The notes beneath the pieces were generated by a model. That model was not told the origin of the DNA. It worked only from the letters and a program-made list of their open reading frames with translations, and ran no database searches. A DNA stretch of 64,000 nt from an uncultured Acidobacteriota bacterium (GTDB taxonomy: Bacteria; Acidobacteriota; UBA6911): the NCBI GenBank assembly GCA_963843575.1, contig CAWJKZ010000009.1:64001-128000 (forward strand). The letters run 5' to 3'. The position numbers and the translations under genes are program-made. Shown piece after piece: positions 52,940 through 62,532 of the stretch (its first letter is position 1; each line of letters opens with the position of its first letter).

Positions 52940-53803
52940 ATGAATAGATTTCGAATGACCATCCTATCTTGTCTGGTCGGCATTATCGCCTCAGCGCCAG
53001 CGCTGTGCCAGTCGACCACCCGGTCTGATCTCCAGGTGGAGGAGAGCACGACCTCCGGAACAATCGTTTCCTCGACCCGGAACACGCTGGTGGTGAAGGC
53101 CGATAGCGGCCGGTACGTTCTCTTCGTCTTTGATCGCGACACGACGCGGCCGCGGGTGCTGCCTGCGGGAACTCGAGTCAATGTTACATCCACTCCTGGT
53201 GACGAGCCGGGAGTGAGGGTGGCGAGCACTATTACCACCCCGGAGGCGACTCCGGCCGCCACCGCCCCCTCCACGGCACCGGCCACTCCCCGGCGCGGGA
53301 CCAGAATCCCAGCGGACGACCAATCTATTCCACCTGAGGTGCGGCGGCTCGAACGCCAGATCGAGCGCCAAACCAGGAAGTACAACGTGGGAGTTCGCGC
53401 AGGCGCCACACTCGACCCGGAACTTGTCTTTGTTGGAGTCCACACCAGGTTGGGCCCGATTTTCCACCCGGATGTTTTCTTCCGGCCAAACGCCGAAATC
53501 GGCTTCGGCGAGGTCACGACGCAGATTGGTCTGAACCTCGAGGCGGTATACCGACTGCCCCTGAATGTGCGGTCGGGGCGCTGGTCCGCCTACGTCGGCG
53601 CGGGGCCGGGCTTCTCTTTCAGCCACAGGGGATTCTCCGAAGCCGAGAGCGGGGGAAGAGACATCGATTTCGGCGACTTCGACTGGCACACGGGCCTCAA
53701 CGTGCTCACAGGCATAGAATATCGTGGCGGGATGTTTATCGAATTCAAGACCACCGCCTATGCTACACCCCATTTCCGGATGATGATCGGCTACAGCTTC
53801 TGA
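52940..53803 (+). CDS. Exported protein with C-terminal outer-membrane beta-barrel
   Basis: Signal peptide, OB-like N-domain, Pro/Thr linker, amphipathic strands and terminal GYSF. Confidence 0.8.
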   Translation: MNRFRMTILSCLVGIIASAPALCQSTTRSDLQVEESTTSGTIVSSTRNTLVVKADSGRYVLFVFDRDTTRPRVLPAGTRVNVTSTPGDEPGVRVASTITTPEATPAATAPSTAPATPRRGTRIPADDQSIPPEVRRLERQIERQTRKYNVGVRAGATLDPELVFVGVHTRLGPIFHPDVFFRPNAEIGFGEVTTQIGLNLEAVYRLPLNVRSGRWSAYVGAGPGFSFSHRGFSEAESGGRDIDFGDFDWHTGLNVLTGIEYRGGMFIEFKTTAYATPHFRMMIGYSF

Positions 53804-54265
53804 AAGCGACCGGCCTCGGGGGCGAGGTCCGTTCTGCCGCCGTGTGGGCTTCCCATTTCCGGGTTTTCGCTCTTCTCCCGTTCGGCGCAGAAGCCGCCTC
53901 CGAGTGGCCCCGGGTCTTTTGGTTCGGCCCCTTCGCCACGCCATCTCAATGTCGCCTGACGGGCGGCCCCTTCTCTGTTCTCAAGCCGACTACCAGATCG
54001 GTGACTTGATGATTGTGAATGATGTGCGATAGGCGGGCCGGGAGCTGGAGGATGCCGGGTGTCCTTTCCATTTGCCATTTCTGGCGCATCCCAACAGATA
54101 CATCCCAATGAAATGTGATTTTCCAGCAATAGCAAATTGCGCATACACCTTGCCTGCGGAAAGTGGATCAAGGTTACACGGCAAGTGGCTGGTCCTCACC
54201 CAATTTCCAAGTCCCGATGTGGGAAATGATTAGTATTGGCAGACGAGAAGTTCGGAGTGGGGGAT

Positions 54266-54778
54266 TTACCGCGCGGCAGGATACTTGACGACGACGGGAG
54301 AACGGAGCTGCCCGGGCCGCGGCCAGGTGTCGTAGCGCGCCCCGTTCCAATACGCCGTGTCCGTGGTCGTGAGCTCCCGGACGAGGTCGGTCGTGCGGAG
54401 GGCGCCGTACGCGGCGACTAGCAAAAGGATCGCCGCGGCCGCCCCGAGCCGCAGTCCGGGCGACGCGGGCCGCCGGGCGGCCAGCAGGCTCGTGACTGTG
54501 AGGAAGCCGATGGCCGCCGAGGCCAGCATAAAGAACCGGCCGGAATAGAATTCCCAATTGTGGCCCTGGAACGATCCTATGAAGCTATACGCCAGGATCA
54601 ACAGCCAGGGGTAGAGCAGCAGCGCGTAGGCGCAGGACAGGCGCTGCCGCAGATGCGGGTTGAGCAACGCCAGCGCGCTGAAGACCACCACCAGGATGTG
54701 GCCCGGCAGCGCGGGGTGGCGGGCGAATCCCCATGCATCGGCCGCGCCGAGGCGCGTGATGTAGTCGGCGGCGTTCAC
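54266..54778 (-). pseudogene. Fragment of a polytopic membrane protein (GC-rich)
   Basis: Several TM segments; begins at the IS1634 remnant junction without a clear start. Confidence 0.5.
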
Positions 54779-54786
54779 GAATCTGT

Positions 54787-55876
54787 TACGAGGTGATGGA
54801 TGGAAACACCAGCGATCGAACCACGCTGCGGCAGTATCTCAATAAGATTGAAAACCAGTACGGCAAAGCACGCCGCGTGTGGATCATGGACCGTGGCATT
54901 CCCACGGAGGAAGTGCTCTCCGAGATGCGGCAATCGGATACCCCGATCCACTATCTGGTGGGAACACCGAAAGGACGGCTGAACAAACTCGAAGCACAGC
55001 TGCTGCCACTGCCTTGGGAAAAGGTGCGCGACAGCCTGAGCGTCAAACTGCTCAAGCAAGAGCAGGAATTGTATGTGCTGGCGTGCAGTACGAGCCGGCA
55101 GGCGAAAGAGTGGGCCATGCGCCGCCGGCGACTGAAGCAATACTGGAATCGGCTTCGTGAACTTAGCGGCCAGAAGTTAGATCGTGACCGACTGTTGATG
55201 AAAATCGGAGCGGCCAAAAAGGAAGCCGGCCATGCCGCTCGGTTGGTGGAACTATCCCTGCCTTTTCCACACCAAGCGGTCACACCGGAAACGTTTCGCT
55301 TCAGCTTGTGCAAAGACAAGCTCCGTAAGGTTCGCAAACAGGAAGGACAATACCTGCTGCGCTCGAATTTGACTGGCGAAGATCCGGCCACGTTATGGAG
55401 GTACTACATACAACTGGTCGAGGTTGAACAAGCGTTCAAGACCCTCAAAATGGATCTTTCCCTACGGCCCATCCACCACCAGAAAGACGAGAGGATTGAA
55501 GCGCATATTTTCGTGGCCTTCCTGTCGTACTGTCTTCAGGTAACTCTGCAGCAGCGATTGAAAGCCCTTGCTCCTGGTCTCACTGTGCGGTCGGTTCTGG
55601 AAAAGTTTGCCTCCATACAATTGGTAGATGTCCACCTGCCCACGACGGACGGCCGAGAGCTGCGGTTACCCAGATATACCGAGCCGGATAAAGAGCACCT
55701 TCTGTTGCTTTCCAGACTGGATCTGACGCTGCCTCCGCAGCCGCGGCCAGAACTCCTGGACAAAAAACCTACGATGACCAAGTTGAAGATGAACGTGTAG
55801 TGAAGACTTTCGGGGATGCTTTCTAATGGAATCAATAACTTACGGGCAGCCTACCCCCTCAGTTGTCAAAGTCGGG
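54787..55876 (+). mobile_element. IS1634-family element, 5' truncated (transposase remnant ends 55800)
   Basis: YEVMDGNT.D, WIMDRGIPT, YLVGTPK, YIQLVEVEQAFKTLK.DL.LRPIHH and IEAHIFVAFLSY; probable right end ...GTCAAAGTCGGG. Confidence 0.85.
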
Positions 55877-56075
55877 CTAGTAATGTAAATACCAACAAGG
55901 GCCTTCGAAGTCCCGTTCGAGGAGATGACTGCCACTGGCTGTCGCTCACCTTGCCCAGCGAGGGGTGATTGACGCGAACGCCGTCCTATGAAAGCGGATG
56001 TCAAGGACAAACTCTTCCGCCCCAGGAACAGGGCGCGTTTTTTCGGTCCACGACATCCAGCCAACGCTCATTCAG

Positions 56076-56388
56076 TGCTGCCCTGCTGATCCTGCGACAC
56101 TTCCGGAATAACGCATGCACTATGCATACGAAGCCGGCTGTTCAAGGGGCAGCGGAATTCAAATCCGTTCGAGACTTTCAAAGCACAGCGGCCGTGTTGC
56201 CGACCATGGTCCTATCTGAGACTTGGAAGCCTATTGCTTTATTTGGTCATGCGAGGGGGCCTATGGTTTCAAGGAGACTCCATCTCCGGGCCTAACGGCG
56301 TTCTTGAGACTCACCCTCGACCTCGCGTCTCGTTCGGGTTTCAATTTGAATACCATTGCCGACCTGCTCAGTCGGTCCTCGAGACGCT
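56076..56388 (-). ncRNA. Putative bridge/seek RNA (copy 2)
   Basis: Same guide segments at 56326-56332, 56295-56302 and 56209-56215. Confidence 0.72.
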
Positions 56389-57441
56389 TCATGCCGCGTG
56401 CGGTATCTTCAGTTTCTTTTGGCTATAGCGTTCTCCTCTTTTCCAGAGTGCCAGCGTGACCGACGCAATCTTCCTCGCCAAAGTCAGGTATGCCAGTGAT
56501 TCAGGGGTGCCGTTTTCGATCATGGCCTCGAAATATGACCGCCACGGTCCTGAGGCAACAGTCCTGGCCGCGCTCTTGAACACAGACTTCAGCGCCCGGC
56601 TGTAGTTTTGATTCAAGCCGCGGACAAGCGGCCGCCTGTTGGATCGAACGACCTTCCCGGCGAGCATCTTGTATTCCGAACTGGCCTCGGTTCGTACACC
56701 CAGCCCGCAGTAACTCCAGAACTGTCTCTTGGTTCGAAATCGGTGCGGAGTACCAGCGACGCCGATGATTACAGCGGCGCGCACATACCCGATTCCAGGT
56801 ATGCTGCGAAGTATCTTTGTAGCGGGATGTTTCCGTGCCTCAGCTGTCAGTTCCTGCTCCGCTTCTATCGACAGCCAGTCGGCGCAGTCAAGTTGATTGC
56901 AGAGTCGTCCAGCTCGGACACGCACGGCTGCCGAGTCCAGTTTCGCCAGCCACTCCTCCCGTTCCTCAAGACCGTAGACTCCGGCGCCTTCACAAGGTAT
57001 CCCGCGGGCCCGGAACAAAGCCTTCAGGCGATTTTTGACCCTGGTCCTGTCCTCGATTAAACAGGCGTACCCCTGCGCGAGTTCCTTCAATCCCAGAGTG
57101 CTCTGTTCGCCATGGTAGACTCGCGTCAGCGCATTCGTGCGAAGCAACTCCGCCAGCCGCGCAGCATCGGACTTGTCTGCCTTGTTACTTGCCTTGGCGA
57201 TCTTGCGTGGATCGCAGACCAACACGTCTGCGACGTAAGGTCGGAGCATGTCATAAAGCCAGGCCGCCTGTGCGCACTCCTCCAGAGTGACATGCAGCGC
57301 CCCGCGCTGCCCGTTGATGAAATCCAGGATTGCCTCTGGGGATGTTTCCACCACGCCGTCAGTAATCCTTTTGCCCGACTCACCGATAACCGCTATCACC
57401 GTTGTTGCTTTGTGGACATCCATGCCGATATACTTTTTCAT
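56389..57441 (-). CDS. IS110 DEDD recombinase/transposase
   Basis: Same protein as 46334-47386. Confidence 0.95.
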   Translation of the reverse strand: MKKYIGMDVHKATTVIAVIGESGKRITDGVVETSPEAILDFINGQRGALHVTLEECAQAAWLYDMLRPYVADVLVCDPRKIAKASNKADKSDAARLAELLRTNALTRVYHGEQSTLGLKELAQGYACLIEDRTRVKNRLKALFRARGIPCEGAGVYGLEEREEWLAKLDSAAVRVRAGRLCNQLDCADWLSIEAEQELTAEARKHPATKILRSIPGIGYVRAAVIIGVAGTPHRFRTKRQFWSYCGLGVRTEASSEYKMLAGKVVRSNRRPLVRGLNQNYSRALKSVFKSAARTVASGPWRSYFEAMIENGTPESLAYLTLARKIASVTLALWKRGERYSQKKLKIPHAA

Positions 57442-57922
57442 CAGACGCTCCTTTGGCGGTTTTGAGTGGTGTCTTGAACCGATCCCAATCTTACCGCTGT
57501 TGGAGCGTCTTCTTTTCATGATGTCTTCTATGCTCGCGACCAAATCTTCAAAACTGCAATCTCCTACGTGCTAGACTGGGCCCGCCTGACGAAACGGCGT
57601 CGGGCTCTGCGGGGACGCAACCCGGCAAGGGATAGTCAGGCCGACGGTGCGCCGATGGTGCATCGGGCCTCTGGCGACTAACAATCGTCAGAGGCCTCAT
57701 TTATCTATCGGACACCAGAGTCATGCCTCACAAAATCCCGGGGCCAGGGGCAGAGCCCCTGGGCTGTCGCCAGACAGCCGGCCTTCAATGTATAAATGCC
57801 GATATCACGCGGCGGGCTTTCATAATGCGTTTCGGAGTCTCTTGTCATGAATTAAGCTGTAAGTAGTTGTTCCCGCTGAGGTAAAATGACATTATCAAGA
57901 GTGGTTCGAGGCGGAGATACAC

Positions 57923-58411
57923 GTGCGGTCGGGCAAGGTGATCCATTACATCGTCGCGGTTGTTGCGGGTATGATCTCCTTTGTTCTCGGTCATGCGCTG
58001 CTGCAGGAATTCGTAACCCGCAATCTTCCCGACGATTCTGTCTTGCAGTTGGCGACGAGGTTTATTCTCAACTTCTCCGCAGCGGGATTCATGAGCGGTG
58101 CCGTTTATGCCGCCACCTTCAAGGGCGCTTACCTTCCGATAGCGACCATTCCCGCGACCCTGGTCGGTGGTTTCTTTCTCGGAGTCGCAATAGTCCGCGG
58201 AGAGATCGGCTATGGGCTCGAGCACAGTCTGAGTGCATGGCAGTTTTGCGATCCCAGTCGTTTTGGGGATCACCTCCAGCTACATCAGTGCAAAGATCAT
58301 GCGCCGCTTGTTAGTACGACACTCGCATTGACACGCTTCAAGAGGTCCCGGTTCCACGAGACACTGCCGCTGAATCGCGCCGCCTCCCGCAACCGGGGTA
58401 ATGGACGATAA
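57923..58411 (+). CDS. Hypothetical membrane protein
   Basis: Three to four hydrophobic segments in the N-terminal part; C-terminus doubtful. Confidence 0.45.
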   Translation: MRSGKVIHYIVAVVAGMISFVLGHALLQEFVTRNLPDDSVLQLATRFILNFSAAGFMSGAVYAATFKGAYLPIATIPATLVGGFFLGVAIVRGEIGYGLEHSLSAWQFCDPSRFGDHLQLHQCKDHAPLVSTTLALTRFKRSRFHETLPLNRAASRNRGNGR

Positions 58412-58486
58412 GGCCGTTTCGAGGGACCAGAACGATGCCACTGATTTAAGTTGCTGATACTCAGGTATCTAGAGTAAAGATTGCTT

Positions 58487-59059
58487 ATGCCCGTCCGGCG
58501 CAAGATCGTTTCACTCCTCGCCTGTTCCATCTTGGCTGTTTTCATTTTGGCCGGTCTGCTCCTCGAATCAAAACGAGACGACTTTCGTCGCCAAGACGGC
58601 TTTGCCCCAATGGTCGATGGCTTGTATATAGAGCCATGCCGTAGTTGTCCTGTTGCCGCTAGTAATGACAATGTTGAAGCACGCGTTTCTGCTAGTGGCA
58701 TGGGCAATTCGGCATGGTTTAACGCGAAGATCAAGAACAATAGGTATGAGAGCATTTGGCTGATTCCGAGTCTGGTCCGCTTCTTGATCGAGCCTAGCTC
58801 CTCAGCAAATAAGATCTACATCCTTCCAGTCGACCAGAACGGAAACGAGGGCGGGCTCGCAAGAACTGAGCAGGAAATTCTCCCCGGATCTCAGCGCGAG
58901 TTCAATATCAACGCACGTTGGGCCTCGCATGTACTCCAAAGGAGAACCTTCACCGAGCTTCGCCTTGCTTTCAGAGACGCTCGAAGCAAAGAGATGGCGA
59001 TCAACCTGCATTTCGCCCTCGCACCGGTCGATACGTACGGAGTGCCCCGTTTGGAATAA
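58487..59059 (+). CDS. Hypothetical membrane-anchored protein
   Basis: N-terminal hydrophobic anchor and a coherent ORF; no family recognised. Confidence 0.55.
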   Translation: MPVRRKIVSLLACSILAVFILAGLLLESKRDDFRRQDGFAPMVDGLYIEPCRSCPVAASNDNVEARVSASGMGNSAWFNAKIKNNRYESIWLIPSLVRFLIEPSSSANKIYILPVDQNGNEGGLARTEQEILPGSQREFNINARWASHVLQRRTFTELRLAFRDARSKEMAINLHFALAPVDTYGVPRLE

Positions 59060-59219
59060 AACCGAATCGCCTCGCGACCCCAGGCTGGGGGGATCTTCAC
59101 TGACCAGGCCGAGTTGCCATTATTACCGGGAACGTCGTTTCGGGACCGTGGGCAAGGGGTATTGATTCGGTCAAGTTCCCTCCCAGTAGGATCGTCTCGG
59201 CGTGTCCTCGATACAGTGG

Positions 59220-59933
59220 TCAACGGACACTCGGCCCAACTTCGCTCGGCGAAAGGACAAGATCCAATTTCTTCTCTGCACCGGTACGACCCACAATCGG
59301 GTTAGGGGTATAGCCCGGTTTCGATGCGTACACGATGTAGCTACCTGCGCGGGGGAGAGTCATTTCATAACGGCCGACACTGTCCGTTCGGCATTGTGTC
59401 GCAAGCCGATGGTCCCTGAGATCAACGGCAATGACGGTCGCCCCAGCAACCAGTTCCCCAGCGGAGGATCGCACTATGCCGTCCCACGTTATAGGAGGAA
59501 ATATCCCGTCGCCCTGCGGCGGAACGAGCCAGAAGTCTGTGACGTGTGTCGTTCCGGGCAATAACATCAAGCCCCAGTATTCGCTTCGGAGCCAGCCAGG
59601 GGCCTCGCAGGTAACTAAATATTCGCCAGACCGCAATCTGGGAATCGTGTAGTTCCCATTTGGATCTGACACTGCAGATAAGACCTTGTCGGCGCGATAT
59701 CTTTCGGGCGTTAAGGCTACGCCGCGATCCCCAGTGATTTTATAGACCGAAATGGTTGCTCCAGAAAGGGGAGGAAGGGCGGCACTGACCGGACCGGCAC
59801 GGACGGTCCCCGTGATGGTTGCAGTGTCTTTATCGTCCGCAGAAGTCGCCTGCGCAGCCCGTTCGACACCGGCGGGAAAGGTCAACAAATGGAGAGCCAG
59901 GCAGGATGTTACATAGAGCGTGAACTCTCGCAT
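59220..59933 (-). CDS. Exported protein with tandem carboxypeptidase regulatory-like domains
   Basis: ATITGTV..LSGATI..SDPNGNYTI..L..G.Y.V..EAPG and GIVRSSAGELVAGATV..TDSVGRY..G.Y.VYASKPGY. Confidence 0.75.
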   Translation of the reverse strand: MREFTLYVTSCLALHLLTFPAGVERAAQATSADDKDTATITGTVRAGPVSAALPPLSGATISVYKITGDRGVALTPERYRADKVLSAVSDPNGNYTIPRLRSGEYLVTCEAPGWLRSEYWGLMLLPGTTHVTDFWLVPPQGDGIFPPITWDGIVRSSAGELVAGATVIAVDLRDHRLATQCRTDSVGRYEMTLPRAGSYIVYASKPGYTPNPIVGRTGAEKKLDLVLSPSEVGPSVR

Positions 59934-60292
59934 AGAGCGCCCCTTTGAATGATTGAGGCGAAACCCAAGATCATTTATTCGTTCGCATCCTAAGTAATCC
60001 TCGATCGAATCTTGGTACTTGTACAGCAAAATCGCGTGGCGAACCTAAGTTACTGAGGAGTTATGACTTGACTTACTTCGCCGTAGTTATCCCCCCGAAG
60101 TCCCGTTCGAGGAGATCTGCCGTACACAGAGGTTTGACCGACTGCGGCATCCTTCGAGCCCGGATGATGACGGTCCGGAACCAGCCGATGTCAGTTTCCC
60201 AGATCTGCCGCTTATCGTTCCGCAATGTCGCGTCGAGGACTAAACCCCGAAGTTTCGGCGAATGATCGCTGCCGGTTGTGCGCCTTGGAGGA

Positions 60293-61754
60293 TTAGAAAG
60301 GTCGACGGTAAGCATCCACAATGGCCATCAGCCCCGAGATGCGCACCTGCCCATCCGGCATGTCTCGTACGTACTTGAGCGCACGTTCAAAATCATCAAT
60401 CGCCAGTTCCGAGATGAGTGCGCGCTCAAGCATGTCTCCTGCGGAACGTCCCCCTCTGGGTGCTCGCCCAACCTGCTTCCCCTGTCCAGATTCTGCATCT
60501 CTGATCTCGGCAACGAGAGCAAAACCCTCCTTGTAGAGTTGCGGGTCAACTTCCCCGTCACAGCGTCTGCTGGTACGCAGCAATTGAGCGAATACCTGCA
60601 TTCTTGCGGCCATCGGCTCGACACGCGCAACAAGCTTACGCGCCTGTTCTAGCGCCATGGCCGACAGATCGGGGTATTCCAAAGCCGCAGAGTAAGCCAA
60701 GTTTAACAGGTCACACACCTTCGCTGGCGACGGGCTCATGCCGGACAGCTTTCCGCGAATGAAATTATCGTCCTTTCCGCGTAACTGCGCGTAGAGCAAC
60801 TGGTCGCCGTAAGCTGAATCGGGGCCATAATGAGTCGTTGTCTCTAATACCCCCTGCTGTCCATAGCTCAGTTCGACAGGTCCCTCTGCCAGAACCCTGT
60901 CGACGCCGCCCACCGGTTCCAGCTTGGACTTGAGATTCGGCATTGAGTCTAAAACCCTCGTCACCAACGTGGGCCTCTGCTGAATATCCTTCAACATGTT
61001 GAGTGCCACGGCCTCGGAGTTGTCGAGGAATACAACCTGATCGCCGATCTTTACTGAGGGGGAGCCACCTGCGGGTATACTCGCCAGTGAACCAACAAGC
61101 AGGCTGAATGCGTCCGGAAACCGTTCGGGCGTGACACGTGACAGCGTTTGCGTCAGAAACATCAAATCCATCGGCGCTATCTGGGTGGCGTCGCAAGAGG
61201 AAAGATCCCAAAAGGTTTGCTCCATCAACGCGACCGCATCTTCCTTGCGGCCTGCACGCATCATCGAGTCTGCAAGACTTGCCCTCAGGCCAAAATCAAT
61301 GGGTTCCGTGTCATTGGAGTTCGGCCAGAGCTTGAGTGCCGCGTCAGGATCTCTTGCGCCGATCAGGCGTGCGGCATCGCGCCTGAACTGGCTCTCCATT
61401 TCGGACTTACACTTACGGGCAGCTTCTCCCAGAGATTGTGAGGGTTCCGGCCACTTTATTGCGGTCTTGTAAGGCGTCGTCAGAGTCCAGTTGACAGAGA
61501 GCTACTAAGAGTTGCCCCGCGGACGTCGTCGCATCCGTATACTCCCGTGGTTCTCGGGCGTCCAGCGCGGCGATCCTGAGGACGGACACGAGTTCTTTGA
61601 TGGAGCTTTTCGCTCTGGTGCGGTGCAACATGACCCAGGTGTTGCCCAGTTGTCGAAAGGAGGTGGACTGAAGCGGCCGGATACGCTTCGCCAAGTCCGT
61701 CGCCTCCTGTAATGCCTGTCGCGCATTCTTCAGCCGTTCGACTGATATCCGCAT
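60293..61754 (-). pseudogene. Helical-repeat hypothetical protein split by a frameshift near 61465
   Basis: Two adjacent co-oriented helical ORFs (61413-61754, 60293-61399) with an open bridging frame. Confidence 0.5.
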
Positions 61755-61819
61755 CCGGTAGGCTGTTCGTTTAAGATCCTTCGACTCGGAATTAAGGAAA
61801 AACTGAGGGAGATATTGAG

Positions 61820-62125
61820 GTGAAGGGAGAAAAAGTAGAAGTTGTTAAGGGTAGCGGGAATGTTTTCCGAGCCCTCGGGTACGAGAATGCAGACGTCGAA
61901 CAATTCAAGGCGGTTCTCGCAGCCGAAATCATAAAGGCGCTCGACCGGGAAGGACTGAGCGTACGTGCCGCTCACCACCGCACCGGGACTGCCGCCGCCG
62001 ACTTCTCGCGCATCCGCAATGCAGACCTCGCGCGGTTCACCGTCGACCGTCTTATGTCAATCATCAACCGGCTCGGCTCGCGCATCGAAGTGAAGATTAA
62101 GGTACGTGCGGGCAGAGCCGCTTGA
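61820..62125 (+). CDS. XRE/HTH_37 antitoxin-like regulator
   Basis: GSGNVFRALG..KAVLAAEI..LSVRAA..TG.AAADFSRIR..FTVDRL. Confidence 0.85.
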   Translation: MKGEKVEVVKGSGNVFRALGYENADVEQFKAVLAAEIIKALDREGLSVRAAHHRTGTAAADFSRIRNADLARFTVDRLMSIINRLGSRIEVKIKVRAGRAA

Positions 62126-62240
62126 GGGAGTTGGTCGTTCGCCAAGACCACGGCCGATCGCCATCTACCGTAGGGTCGGAATATTCAGCCGAGCGGAAAC
62201 GGCATTGCCCGTGCCTCGTTCCGTGTAAGCGCCCGAGAAG

Positions 62241-62306
62241 GGAAGGGTGGTAGATGTCCCCGAGGTCGGCGGACTTCACCACCGATACGAGAGACGCGCA
62301 CCGTAA
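62241..62306 (+). pseudogene. C-terminal relic of an integrase-core (rve) transposase
   Basis: GRVVDVPEVGGLHHRYERRA-P-stop is the characteristic GGLHHxY terminus. Confidence 0.65.
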
Positions 62307-62532
62307 CTCCGCTGTGCAGCCCCCTGAAGGTCGCTCATCCTGCAACGCCCCACGCTGCATTTTTCAACTCCCTCAGGCACTGCTGCCCGGCAAGCACCTG
62401 GTCGCAGGACGCGTTTTGGAGGACTCGTCGCCCTGCGGACGCCCGCCGGGCCATGGCAAGTAGAGGTCCTCCACACGAAAGGGGAAACCCTGGCACCGAA
62501 GGATTTTCCTGCGGGCCACCGCGCCAGTTCGC

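Larger units (their letters stand above)
55982..57827 (-). mobile_element. IS110-family element, copy 2 (inverted, near-identical to copy 1)
   Basis: Identical transposase translation; the differences noticed are a few bases and a 1-nt indel in the 3' end; flanks GAAACG and GCGTT as in copy 1. Confidence 0.95.

Noticed and set aside
47795-55981. Segment already inverted or moved as a composite transposon
   Set aside because: Both kinase halves flank copy 1 in frame, so the copies are independent insertions in the ancestral orientation.
57845-62125. Integron cassette array
   Set aside because: Mixed gene orientations, no repeated attC-like sites and no intI.
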